64,000 bases of DNA from Auanema rhodensis. Taxonomy: Eukaryota > Animalia > Nematoda. How positions within the stretch are numbered: the stretch's first letter is position 1; each line of letters begins with the position of its first letter. The notes under the pieces are model-generated. The model searched no databases. It saw only the letters and a list, made by a program, of their open reading frames with translations, and was not told the DNA's origin. The stretch is taken from assembly GCA_964057225.1 (NCBI GenBank), contig OZ059896.1, forward strand, positions 3,472,001 through 3,536,000, given 5' to 3'. Shown piece after piece: positions 42,201 to 57,000 of the stretch. Both the position numbers and the translations under genes were made by a program.

Positions 42201-45200
42201 AAATTAAAGTTCACGTAAATTTCAAAGTCATGGTTACCATGAACCAATATCAATAAAAATTTGTTTTTAGACTAATATGGACATGGGGAATCTAATTTTG
42301 AAAACCGCATCTCTTTATCTTTCACGTGAAGCGAGTTACATTCCAGGTGCACATCACGTGTACATTTATTTAGCATAAATTAAAGTTCACGTAAATTTCA
42401 AAGTCATGGTTAGCATGAACCAATATCAATAAAAATTTGTTTTTAGACTAATATGGACATGGGGAATCTAATTTTGAAAACCGCATCTCTTTATCTTTCA
42501 CGTGAAGCGAGTTACATACCAAGTGCACATCACGTGTACATTTAATTAGCATAAATTAAAGTTCACGTAAATTTCAAAGTCATGGTTACCATGCACCAAT
42601 ATCAATAAAATTTTGTTTTTAGACTAATATGGACATGGGGAATCTAATTATGAAAACCGCATCTCTTTATCTTTCACGTGAAGCGAGTTACATACCAAGT
42701 GCACATCACGTGTACATTTAATTAGCATAAATTAAAGTTCACGTAAATTTCAAAGTCATGGTTACCATGAACCAATATCAATAAAAATTTGTTTTTAGAC
42801 TAATATGGACATGGGGAATCTAATTTTGAAAACCGCATCTCTTTATCTTTCACGTGAAGCGAGTTACATACCAAGTGCACATCACGTGTACATTTAATTA
42901 GCATAAATTAAAGTTCACGTAAATTTCAAAGTCATGGTTACCATGAACCAATATCAATAAAAATTTGTTTTTAGACTAATATGGACATGGGGAATCTAAT
43001 TTTGAAAACCGCATCTCTTTATCTTTCACGTGAAGCGAGTTACATTCCAGGTGCACATCACGTGTACATTTATTTAGCATAAATTAAAGTTCACGTAAAT
43101 TTCAAAGTCATGGTTAGCATGAACCAATATCAATAAAAATTTGTTTTTAGACTAATATGGACATGGGGAATCTAATTTTGAAAACCGCATCTCTTTATCT
43201 TTCACGTGAAGCGAGTCACATACCAAGTGCACATCACGTGTACATTCAATTAGCATAAATTAAAGTTCACGTAAATTTCAAAGTCATGGTTACCATGCAC
43301 CAATATCAATAAAAATTTGTTTTTAGACTAATATGAACATGGGGAATCTAATTTTGAAAACCGCATCTCTTTATCTTCCACGTGAAGCGAGTTACATACC
43401 AAGTGCACATCACGTGTACATTTAATTAGCATAAATTAAAGTTCACGTAAATTTCAAAGTCATGGTTACCATGAACCAATATCAATAAAAATTTGTTTTT
43501 AGACTAATATGGACATGGGGAATCTAATTTTGAAAACCGCATCTCTTTATCTTTCACGTGAAGCGAGTTACATACCAAGTGCACATCACGTGTACATTTA
43601 ATTAGCATAAATTAAAGTTCACGTAAATTTCAAAGTCATGGTTACCATGAACCAATATCAATAAAAATTTGTTTTTAGACTAATATGGACATGGGGAATC
43701 TAATTTTGAAAACCGCATCTCTTTATATTTCACGTGAAGCGAGTTACATACCAAGTGCACATCACGTGTACATTTAATTAGCATAACTTAAAGTTCACGT
43801 AAATTTCAAAGTCATGGTTACCATGCACCAATATCAATAAAAATTTGTTTTTAGACTAATATGGACATGGTGAATCTAATTTTGAAAACCGCATCTCTTT
43901 ATCTTTCACGTGAAGCGAGTTACATACCAAGTGCACATCACGTGTACATTTAATTAGCATAAATTAAAGTTCACTTAAATTTCAAAGTCATGGTTACCAT
44001 GCATCAATATCAATAAAATTTTGTTTTTAGACTAATATGGACATGGGGAATCTAATTTTGAAAACCGCATCTCTTTATCTTTCACGTGAAGCGAGTTACA
44101 TACCAAGTGCACATCACGTGTACATTCAATTAGCATAAATTAAAGTTCACGTAAATTTCAAAGTCATGGTTAGCATGAACCAATATCAATAAAAATTTGT
44201 TTTTAGACTAATATGGACATGGGGAATCTAATTTTGAAAACCGCATCTCTTTATTTTTCACGTGAAGCGAGTTACATTCCAGGTGCACATCACGTGTACA
44301 TTTATTTAGCATAAATTAAAGTTCACGTAAATTTCAAAGTCATGGTTACCATGAACCAATATCAATAAAATTTTGTTTTTAGACTAATATGGACATGGGG
44401 AATCTAATTTTGAAAACCGCATCTCTTTATCTTTCACGTGAAGCGAGTTACATACCAAGTGCACATCACGTGTACATTTAATTAGCATAAATTAAAGTTC
44501 ACGTAAATTTCAAACTCATGGTTACCATGAACCAATATCAATAAAAATTTGTTTTTAGACTAATATGGACATGGAGAATCTAATTATGAAAACCGCATCT
44601 CTTTATCTTTCACGTGAAGCGAGTTACATACCAAGTGCACATCACGTGTACATTTAATTAGCATAAATTAAAGTTCACGTAAATTTCAAACTCATGGTTA
44701 CCATGCACCAATATCAATAAAAATTTGTTTTTAGAGTAATATGGACATGGAGAATCTATTTTTAAAAACCGCATCTCTTTATCTTTCACGTGAATCGAGT
44801 TACATACCAAGTGCACATCACGTGTACATTTAATTAGCATAAATTAAAGTTCACGTAAATTTCAAACTCATGGTTACCATGCACCAATATCAATACAATT
44901 TTGTTTTTAGACTAATATGGACATGGGGAATCTAATTTTGAAAACCGCATCTCTTTATCTTTCACGTGAAGCGAGTTACATACCAAGTGCACATCACGTG
45001 TACATTTAATTAGCATAAATTAAAGTTCACTTAAATTTCAAAGTCATGGTTACCATGCACCAATATCAATAAAAATTTGTTTTTAGACTAATATGGACAT
45101 GGGGAATCTAATTTTCAAAACCGCATCTCTTTATCTTTCACGTGAAGCGAGTTACATACCAAGTGCACATCACGTGTACATTTAATTAGCATAAATTAAA

Positions 45201-48200
45201 GTTCACTTAAATTTCAAAGTCATGGTTACCATGCATCAATATCAATAAAATTTTGTTTTTAGACTAATATGGACATGGGGAATCTAATTTTGAATACCGC
45301 ATCTCTTTATCTTTCACGTGAAGCGAGTTACATACCAAGTGCACATCACGTGTACATTTAATTAGCATAAATTAAAGTTCACGTAAATTTCAAAGTCATG
45401 GTTAGCATGAACCAATATCAATAAAAATTTGTTTTTAGACTAATATGGACATGGGGAATCTAATTTTGAAAACGTCATCTCTTTATCTTTCACGTGAAGC
45501 GAGTTACATACCAAGTGCACATCACGTGTACATTTAATTAGCATAAATTAAAGTTCACGTAAATTTCAAAGTCATGGTTACCATGAACCAATATCAATAA
45601 AAATTTGTTTTTAGACTAATATGGACATGGGGAATCTAATTTTGAAAACCGCATCTCTTTATCTTTCACGTGAAGCGAGTTACATACCAAGTGCACATCA
45701 CGTGTACATTTAATTAGCATAAATTAAAGTTCACGTAAATTTCAAAGTCATGGTTACCATGCACCAATATCAATAAAAATTTGTTTTTAGACTAATATGG
45801 ACATGGGGAATCTAATTTTGAAAACGTCATCTCTTTATCTTTCACGTGAAGCGAGTTACATACCAAGTGCACATCACGTGTACATTTAATTAGCATAAAT
45901 TAAAGTTCACGTAAATTTCAAAGTCATGGTTACCATGCACCAATATCAATAAAAATTTGTTTTTAGACTAATATGGACATGGGGAATCTAATTTTCAAAA
46001 CCGCATCTCTTTATCTTTCACGTGAAGCGAGTTACATACCAAGTGCACATCACGTGTACATTTAATTAGCATAAATTAAAGTTCACTTAAATTTGAAAGT
46101 CATGGTTACCATGCAGCAATATCAATAAAATTTTGTTTTTAGACTAATATGGACATGGGGAATCTAATTTTGAAAACCGCATCTCTTTATCTTTCACGTG
46201 AAGCGAGTTACATACCAAGTGCACATCCCGTGTACATTTAATTAGCATAAATTAAAGTTCACGTAAATTTCAAACTCATGGTTACCATGCACCAATATCA
46301 ATAAAAATTTGTTTTTAGACTAATATGGACATGGGGAATCTATATTTGAAAAACGCATCTCTTTATCTTACACGTGAAGCGAGTTACATACCAAGTGCAC
46401 ATCACGTGTACATTTAATTAGCATAAATCAAAGTTCACGTAAATTTCAAAGTCATGGTTACCATGCACCAATATCAATAAAATTTTGTTTTTAGACTAAT
46501 ATGGACATGGGGAATCTAATTATGAAAACCGCATCTCTTTAACTTTCACGTGAAGCGAGTTACATACCAAGTGCACATCACGTGTACATTTAATTAGCAT
46601 AAATTAAAGTTCACGTAAATTTCAAAGTCATGGTTACCATGCACCAATATCAATAAAATTTTGTTTTTAGACTAATATGGACATGGGGAATCTAATTTTG
46701 AAAACCGCATCTCTTTATTTTTCACGTGAAGCGAGTTACATACCAAGTGCACATCACGTGTACATTTAATTAGCATAAATTAAAGTTCACGTAAATTTCA
46801 AACTCATGGTTACCATACACCAATATCAATAAAAATTTGTTTTTAGACTAATATGGACATGGAGAATCTAATTTTAAAAACCGCATCTCTTTATCTTTCA
46901 CGTGAAGCGAGTTACATACCAAGTGCACATCACGTGTACATTTAATTAGCATAAATTAAAGTTCACGTAAATTTCAAAGTCATGGTTACCATGCACCAAT
47001 ATCAATAAAATTTTGTTTGTGAACTAATATGGACATGGGGAATCTAATTTTGGAAACCGCATCTCTTCATCTTTCACGTGAAGCGAGTTACATACCAAGT
47101 GCACATCCCGTGTACATTTAATTAGCATAAATTAAAGTTCACTTAAATTTCAAAGTCATGGTTACCATGCATCAATATCAATAAAATTTTGTTTTTAGAC
47201 TAATATGGACATGGGGAATCTAATTTTGAAAACGGCATCTCTTTATCTTTCACGTGAAGCGAGTTACATACCAAGTGCACATCCCGTGTACATTTAATTA
47301 GCATAAATTAAAGTTCACGTAAATTTCAAACTCATGGTTACCATGCACCAATATCAATAAAAATTTGTTTTTAGACTAATATGGACATGGGGAATCTATA
47401 TTTGAAAAACGCATCTCTTTATCTTTCACGTGAAGCGAGTTACATACCAAGTGCACATCACGTGTACATTTAATTAGCATAAATCAAAGTTCACGTAAAT
47501 TTCAAAGTCATGGTTACCATGCACCAATATCAATAAAATTTTGTTTTTAGACTAATATGGACATGGGGAATCTAATTATGAAAACCGCATCTCTTTATCT
47601 TTCACGTGAAGCGAGTTACATACCAAGTGCACATCACGTGTACATTTAATTAGCATAAATTAAAGTTCACGTAAATTTCAAAGTCATGGTTACCATGCAC
47701 CAATATCAATTAAATTTTGTTTTTAGACTAATATGGACATGGGGAATCTAATTTTGAAAACCGCATCTCTTTATTTTTCACGTGAAGCGAGTTACATACC
47801 AAGTGCACATCACGTGTACATTTAATTAGCATAAATTAAAGTTCACGTAAATTTCAAACTCATGGTTACCATACACCAATATCAATAAAAATTTGTTTTT
47901 AGACTAATATGGACATGGAGAATCTAATTTTAAAAACCGCATCTCTTTATCTTTCACGTGAAGCGAGTTACATACCAAGTGCACATCACGTGTACATTTA
48001 ATTAGCATAAATTAAAGTTCACGTAAATTTCAAAGTCATGGTTACCATGCACCAATATCAATAAAATTTTGTTTTTAGACTAATATGGACATGGGGAATC
48101 TAATTTTGAAAACCGCATCTCTTTATCTTTCACGTGAAGCGAGTTACATACCAAGTGCACATCACGTGTACATTTAATTAGCATAAATTAAAGTTCACGT

Positions 48201-51200
48201 AAATTTCAAACTCATGGTTACCATGAACCAATATCAATAAAAATTTGTTTTTAGACTAATATGGACATGGGGAATCTAATTTTGAAAACCGCATCTCTTT
48301 ATCTTTCACGTGAAGCGAGTTACATACCAAGTGCACATCACGTGTACATTTAATTAGCATAAATTAAAGTTCACTTAAATTTCAAAGTCATGGTTACCAT
48401 GCATCAATATCAATAAAATTTTGTTTTTAGACTAATATGGACATGGGGAATCTAATTTTGAAAACCGCATCTCTTTATCTTTCACGTGAAGCGAGTTACA
48501 TACCAAGTGCACATCACGTGTACATTTAATTAGCATAAATTAAAGTTCACATAAATTTCAAACTCATGGTTACCATGCACCAATATCAATAAAAATTTGT
48601 TTTTAGACTAATATGGACATGGGGAATCTAATTTTGAAAAACGCATCTCTTTATCTTTCACGTGAAGCGAGTTACATACCAAGTGCACATCACGTGTACA
48701 TTTAATTAGCATAAATTAAAGTTCACGTAAATTTCAAAGTCATGGTTACCATGCACCAATATCAATAAAATTTTGTTTTTAGACTAATATGGACATGGGG
48801 AATCTAATTTTGAAAACCGCATCTCTTCATCTTTCACGTGAAGCGAGTTACATACCAAGTGCACATCACGTGTACATTTAATTAGCATAAATTAAAGTTC
48901 ACGTAAATTTCAAACTCATGGTTACCATGAACCAATATCAATAAAAATTTGTTTTTAGACTAATATGGACATGGAGAATCTAATTATGAAAACCGCATCT
49001 CTTTATCTTTCACGTGAAGCGAGTTACATACCAAGTGCACATCACGTGTACATTTAATTAGCATAAATTAAAGTTCACGTAAATTTCAAAGTCATGGTTA
49101 CCATGCACCAATATCAATAAAATTTTGTTTTTAGACTAATATGGACATGGGGAATCTAATTTTGAAAACCGCATCTCTTTATCTTTCACGTGAAGCGAGT
49201 TACATACCAAGTGCACATCACGTGTACATTTAATTAGCATAAATTAAAGTTCACGTAAATTTCAAACTCATGGTTACCATGAACCAATATCAATAAAAAT
49301 TTGTTTTTAGACTAATATGGACATGGGGAATCTAATTTTGAAAACCGCATCTCTTTATCTTTCACGTGAAGCGAGTTACATACCAAGTGCACATCACGTG
49401 TACATTTAATTAGCATAAATTAAAGTTCACTTAAATTTCAAAGTCATGGTTACCATGCATCAATATCAATAAAATTTTGTTTTTAGACTAATATGGACAT
49501 GGGGAATCTAATTTTGAAAACCGCATCTCTTTATCTTTCACGTGAAGCGAGTTACATACCAAGTGCACATCACGTGTACATTTAATTAGCATAAATTAAA
49601 GTTCACATAAATTTCAAACTCATGGTTACCATGCACCAATATCAATAAAAATTTGTTTTTAGACTAATATGGACATGGGGAATCTAATTTTGAAAAACGC
49701 ATCTCTTTATCTTTCACGTGAAGCGAGTTACATACCAAGTGCACATCACGTGTACATTTAATTAGCATAAATTAAAGTTCACGTAAATTTCAAAGTCATG
49801 GTTACCATGCACCAATATCAATAAAATTTTGTTTTTAGACTAATATGGACATGGGGAATCTAATTTTGAAAACCGCATCTCTTCATCTTTCACGTGAAGC
49901 GAGTTACATACCAAGTGCACATCACGTGTACATTTAATTAGCATAAATTAAAGTTCACGTAAATTTCAAACTCATGGTTACCATGAACCAATATCAATAA
50001 AAATTTGTTTTTAGACTAATATGGACATGGAGAATCTAATTATGAAAACCGCATCTCTTTATCTTTCACGTGAAGCGAGTTACATACCAAGTGCACATCA
50101 CGTGTACATTTAATTAGCATAAATTAAAGTTCACGTAAATTTCAAAGTCATGGTTACCATGCACCAATATCAATAAAATTTTGTTTTTAGACTAATATGG
50201 ACATGGGGAATCTAATTTTGAAAACCGCATCTCTTTATTTTTCACGTGAAGCGAGTTACATACCAAGTGCACATCACGTGTACATTTAATTAGCATAAAT
50301 TAAAGTTCACGTAAATTTCAAAGTCATGGTTACCATGCACCAATATCAATGAAATTTTGTTTTTAGACTAATATGGACATGGGGAATCTAATTTTGAAAA
50401 CCGCATCTCTTTATCTTTCACGTGAAGCGAGTTACATACCAAGTGCACATCACGTGTACATTTAATTAGCATAAATTAAAGTTCACGTAAACTTCAAACT
50501 CATGGTTACCATACACCAATATCAATAAAAATTTGTTTTTAGAGTAATATGGACATGGAGAATCTATTTTTAAAAACCGCATCTCTTTATCTTTCACGTG
50601 AATCGAGTTACATACCAAGTGCACATCACGTGTACATTTAATTAGCATAAATTAAAGTTCACGTAAATTTCAAACTCATGGTTACCATGCACCAATATCA
50701 ATAAAAATTTGTTTTTAGACTAATATGGACATGGAGAATCTAATTTTGAAAACCGCATCTCTTTATCTTTCACGTGAAGCGAGTTACATACCAAGTGCAC
50801 ATCACGTGTACATTTAATTAGCATAAATTAAAGTTCACGTAAATTTCAAACTCATGGTTACCATGCACCAATATCAATACAATTTTGTTTTTAGACTAAT
50901 ATGGACATGGGGAATCTAATTTTGAAAACCGCATCTCTTTATCTTTCACGTGCGAGTTACATACCAAGTGCACATCACGTGTACATTTAATTAGCATAAA
51001 TTAAAGTTCACTTAAATTTCAAAGTCATGGTTACCATGCACCAATATCAATAAAAATTTGTTTTTAGACTAATATGGACATGGGGAATCTAATTTTCAAA
51101 ACCGCATCTCTTTATCTTTCACGTGAAGCGAGTTACATACCAAGTGCACATCACGTGTACATTTAATTAGCATAAATTGAAGTTCACTTAAATTTGAAAG

Positions 51201-54099
51201 TCATGGTTACCATGCAGCAATATCAATAAAATTTTGTTTTTAGACTAATATGGACATGGGGAATCTAATATTGAGAACCGCATCTCTTTATCTTTCACGT
51301 GAAGCGAGTTACATACCAAGTGCACATCCCGTGTACATTTAATTAGCATAAATTAAAGTTCACGTAAATTTCAAACTCATGGTTACCATGCACCAATATC
51401 AATAAAAATTTGTTTTTAGACTAATATGGACATGGGGAATCTATATTTGAAAAACGCATCTCTTTATCTTTCACGTGAAGCGAGTTACATACCAAGTGCA
51501 CATCACGTGTACATTTAATTAGCATAAATCAAAGTTCACGTAAATTTCAAAGTCATGGTTACCATGCACCAATATCAATAAAATTTTGTTTTTAGACTAA
51601 TATGGACATGGGGAATCTAATTATGAAAACCGCATCTCTTTATCTTTCACGTGAAGCGAGTTACATACCAAGTGCACATCACGTGTACATTTAATTAGCA
51701 TAAATTAAAGTTCACGTAAATTTCAAAGTCATGGTTACCATGCACCAATATCAATAAAATTTTGTTTTTAGACTAATATGGACATGGGGAATCTAATTTT
51801 GAAAACCGCATCTCTTTATTTTTCACGTGAAGCGAGTTACATACCAAGTGCACATCACGTGTACATTTAATTAGCATAAATTAAAGTTCACGTAAATTTC
51901 AAACTCATGGTTACCATACACCAATATCAATAAAAATTTGTTTTTAGACTAATATGGACATGGAGAATCTAATTTTAAAAACCGCATCTCTTTATCTTTC
52001 ACGTGAAGCGAGTTACATACCAAGTGCACATCACGTGTACATTTAATTAGCATAAATTAAAGTTCACGTAAATTTCAAAGTCATGGTTACCATGCACCAA
52101 TATCAATAAAATTTTGTTTTTAGACTAATATGGACATGGGGAATCTAATTTTGAAAACCGCATCTCTTTATCTTTCACGTGAAGCGAGTTACATACCAAG
52201 TGCACATCACGTGTACATTTAATTAGCATAAATTAAAGTTCACGTAAATTTCAAACTCATGGTTACCATGCACCAATATCAATAAAAATTTGTTTTTAGA
52301 CTAATATGGACATGGAGAATCTAATTTTGAAAACCGCATCTCTTTATCTTTCACGTGAAGCGAGTTACATACCAAGTGCACATCACGTGTACATTTAATT
52401 AGCATAAATTAAAGTTCACGTAAATTTCAAACTCATGGTTACCATGCACCAATATCAATAAAAATTTGTTTTTAGAGTAATATGGACATGGAGAATCTAT
52501 TTTTAAAAACCGCATCTCTTTATCTTTCACGTGAAGCGAGTTACATACCAAGTGCACATCACGTGTACATTTAATTAGCATAAATTAAAGTTCACGTAAA
52601 TTTCAAAGTCATGGTTACCATGCACCAATATCAATAAAAATTTGTTTTTAGACTAATATGGACATGGGGAATCTAATTTTCAAAACCGCATCTCTTTATC
52701 TTTCACGTGAAGCGAGTTACATACCAAGTGCACATCACGTGTACATTTAATTAGCATAAATTAAAGTTCACTTAAATTTGAAAGTCATGGTTACCATGCA
52801 GCAATATCAATAAAAATTTGTTTTTAGACTAATATGGACATGGGGAATCTATATTTGAAAAACGCATCTCTTTATCTTTCACGTGAAGCGAGTTACATAC
52901 CAAGTGCACATCACGTGTACATTTAATTAGCATAAATTAAAGTTCACGTAAATTTCAAAGTCATGGTTACCATGCACCAATATCAATAAAATTTTGTTTT
53001 TAGACTAATATGGACATGGGGAATCTAATTTTGAAAACCGCATCTCTTTATCTTTCACGTGAAGCGAGTTACATACCAAGTGCACATCACGTGTACATTT
53101 AATTAGCATAAATTAAAGTTCACGTAAATTTCAAACTCATGGTTACCATGCACCAATATCAATAAAAATTTGTTTTTAGACTAATATGGACATGGAGAAT
53201 CTAATTTTGAAAACCGCATCTCTTTATCTTTCACGTGAAGCGAGTTACATACCAAGTGCACATCACGTGTACATTTAATTAGCATAAATTAAAGTTCACG
53301 TAAATTTCAAACTCATGGTTACCATGCACCAATATCAATAAAAATTTGTTTTTAGAGTAATATGGACATGGAGAATCTATTTTTAAAAACCGCATCTCTT
53401 TATCTTTCACGTGAAGCGAGTTACATACCAAGTGCACATCACGTGTACATTTAATTAGCATAAATTAAAGTTCACGTAAATTTCAAACTCATGGTTACCA
53501 TGCACCAATATCAATAAAATTTTGTTTTTAGACTAATATGGACATGGGGAATCTAATTTTGAAAACCGCATCTCTTTATCTTTCACGTGAAGCGAGTTAC
53601 ATACCAAGTGCACATCCCGTGTACATTTAATTAGCATAAATTAAAGTTCACGTAAATTTCAAACTCATGGTTACCATGCACCAATATCAATAAAAATTTG
53701 TTTTTAGACTAATATGGACATGAGGAATCTAATTTTGAAAAACGCATCTCTTTATCTTTCACGTGAAGCGAGTTACATACCAAGTGCACATCACGTGTAC
53801 ATTTAATTAGCATAAATTAAAGTTCACGTAAATTTCAAAGTCATGGTTACCATGCACCAATATCAATAAAATTTTGTTTTTAGACTAATATGGACATGGG
53901 GAATCTAATTTTGAGAACCGCATCTCTTTATTTTTCACGTGAAGCGAGTTACATACCAAGTGCACATCACGTGTACATTTAATTAGCATAAATTAAAGTT
54001 CACGTAAATTTCAAACTCATGGTTACCATGCACCAATATCAATAAAAATTTGTTTTTAGACTAATATGGACATGGAGAATCTAATTTTAAAAACCGCAT

Positions 54100-57000
54100 C
54101 TCTTTATCTTTCACGTGAAGCGAGTTACATACCAAGTGCACATCACGTGTACATTTAATTAGCATAAATTAAAGTTCACGTAAATTTCAAAGTCATGGTT
54201 ACCATGCACCAATATCAATAAAATTTTGTTTTTAGACTAATATGGACATGGGGAATCTAATTTTGAAAACCGCATCTCTTTATCTTTCACGTGAAGCGAG
54301 TTACATACCAAGTGCACATCACGTGTACATTTAATTAGCATAAATTAAAGTTCACGTAAATTTCAAACTCATGGTTACCATGCACCAATATCAATAAAAA
54401 TTTGTTTTTAGACTAATATGGACATGGAGAATCTAATTTTAAAAACCGCATCTCTTTATCTTTCACGTGAAGCGAGTTACATACCAAGTGCACATCACGT
54501 GTACATTTAATTAGCATAAATTAAAGTTCACGTAAATTTCAAACTCATGGTTACCATGCACCAATATCAATAAAAATTTGTTTTTAGACTAATATGGACA
54601 TGGAGAATCTATTTTTAAAAACCGCATCTCTTTATCTTTCACGTGAAGCGAGTTACATACCAAGTGCACATCACGTGTACATTTAATTAGCATAAATTAA
54701 AGTTCACGTAAATTTCAAACTCATGGTTACCATGCACCAATATCAATAAAAATTTGTTTTTAGACTAATATGGACATGGAGAATCTAATTTTGAAAACCG
54801 CATCTCTTTATCTTTCACGTGAAGCGAGTTACATACCAAGTGCACATCACGTGTACATTTAATTAGCATAAATTAAAGTTCACGTAAATTTCAAAGTCAT
54901 GGTTACCATGCACCAATATCAATAAAATTTTGTTTTTAGACTAATATGGACATGAGGAATCTAATTTTGAAAACCGCATCTCTTTATCTTTCACGTGAAG
55001 CGAGTTACATACTAAGTGCACATCACGTGTACATTTAATTAGCATAAATTAAAGTTCACGTAAATTTCAAACTCATGGTTACCATGCACCAATATCAATA
55101 AAAATTTGTTTTTAGACTAATATGGACATGGAGAATCTAATTTTAAAAACCGCATCTCTTTATCTTTCACGTGAAGCGAGTTACATACCAAGTGCACATC
55201 ACGTGTACATTTAATTAGCATAAATTAAAGTTCACGTAAATTTCAAACTCATGGTTACCATGCACCAATATCAATAAAAATTTGTTTTTAGACTGATATG
55301 GACATGGAGAATCTATTTTTAAAAACCGCATCTCTTTATCTTTCACGTGAAGCGAGTTACATACCAAGTGCACATCACGTGTACATTTAATTAGCATAAA
55401 TTAAAGTTCACGTAAATTTCAAACTCATGGTTACCATGCACCAATATCAATAAAAATTTGTTTTTAGACTAATATGGACATGGAGAATCTAATTTTGAAA
55501 ACCGCATCTCTTTATCTTTCACGTGAAGCGAGTTACATACCAAGTGCACATCACGTGTACCTTTAATTAGCATAAATTAAAGTTCACGTAAATTTCAAAC
55601 TCATGGTTACCATGCACCAATATCAATAAAAATTTGTTTTTAGACTAATATGGACATGGGGAATCTAATTTTGAGAACCGCATCTCTTATCTTCCACGTG
55701 AAGCGAGTTACATACCAAGTGCACATCACGTGTACATTTAATTAGCATAAATTAAAGTTCACGTAAATTTCAAAGTCATGGTTACCATGCACCAATATCA
55801 ATAAAATTTTGTTTTTAGACTAATATGGACATGAGGAATCTAATTTTGAAAACCGCATCTCTTTATCTTTCACGTGAAGCGAGTTACATACCAAGTGCAC
55901 ATCACGTGTACATTTAATTAGCATAAATTAAAGTTCACGTAAATTTCAAACTCATGGTTACCATGCACCAATATCAATAAAAATTTGTTTTTAGACTAAT
56001 ATGGACATGGAGAATCTAATTTTGAAAACCGCATCTCTTTATCTTTCACGTGAAGCGAGTTACATACCAAGTGCACATCACGTGTACATTTAATTAGCAT
56101 AAATTAAAGTTCACGTAAATTTCAAACTCATGGTTACCATGCACCAATATCAATAAAAATTTGTTTTTAGACTAATATGGACATGGAGAATCTATTTTTA
56201 AAAACCGCATCTCTTTATCTTTCACGTGAAGCGAGTTACATACCAAGTGCACATCACGTGTACATTTAATTAGCATAAATTAAAGTTCACGTAAATTTCA
56301 AACTCATGGTTACCATGCACCAATATCAATAAAAATTTGTTTTTAGACTAATATGGACATGGAGAATCTAATTTTGAAAACCGCATCTCTTTATCTTTCA
56401 CGTGAAGCGAGTTACATACCAAGTGCACATCACGTGTACATTTAATTAGCATAAATTAAAGTTCACGTAAATTTCAAAGTCATGGTTACCATGCACCAAT
56501 ATCAATAAAAATTTGTTTTTAGACTAATATGGACATGGGGAATCTAATTTTGAAAACCGCATCTCTTATCTTCCACGTGAAGCGAGTTACATACCAAGTG
56601 CACATCACGTGTACATTTAATTAGCATAAATTAAAGTTCACGTAATTTTCAAAGTCATGGTTACCATGAACCAATATCAATGAATATTTGTTTTTAGACT
56701 AATATGGACATGGGGAATCTAATTTTGAAAACCGCATCTATTTATCTTTCACGCGAAGCGAGTTACATACCAAGTGCACATCACGTGTACATTTAATTAG
56801 CATAAAGTAAAGTTCACGTAAATTTCAAACTCATGGTTACCATGCACCAATATCAATAAAAATTTGTTTTTAGACTAATATGGACATGGAGAATCTAATT
56901 TTGAAAACCGCATCTCTTTATCTTTCACGTGAAGCGAGTTACATACCAAGTGAACATCACGTGTACATTTAATTAGCATAAATTAAAGTTCACGTAAATT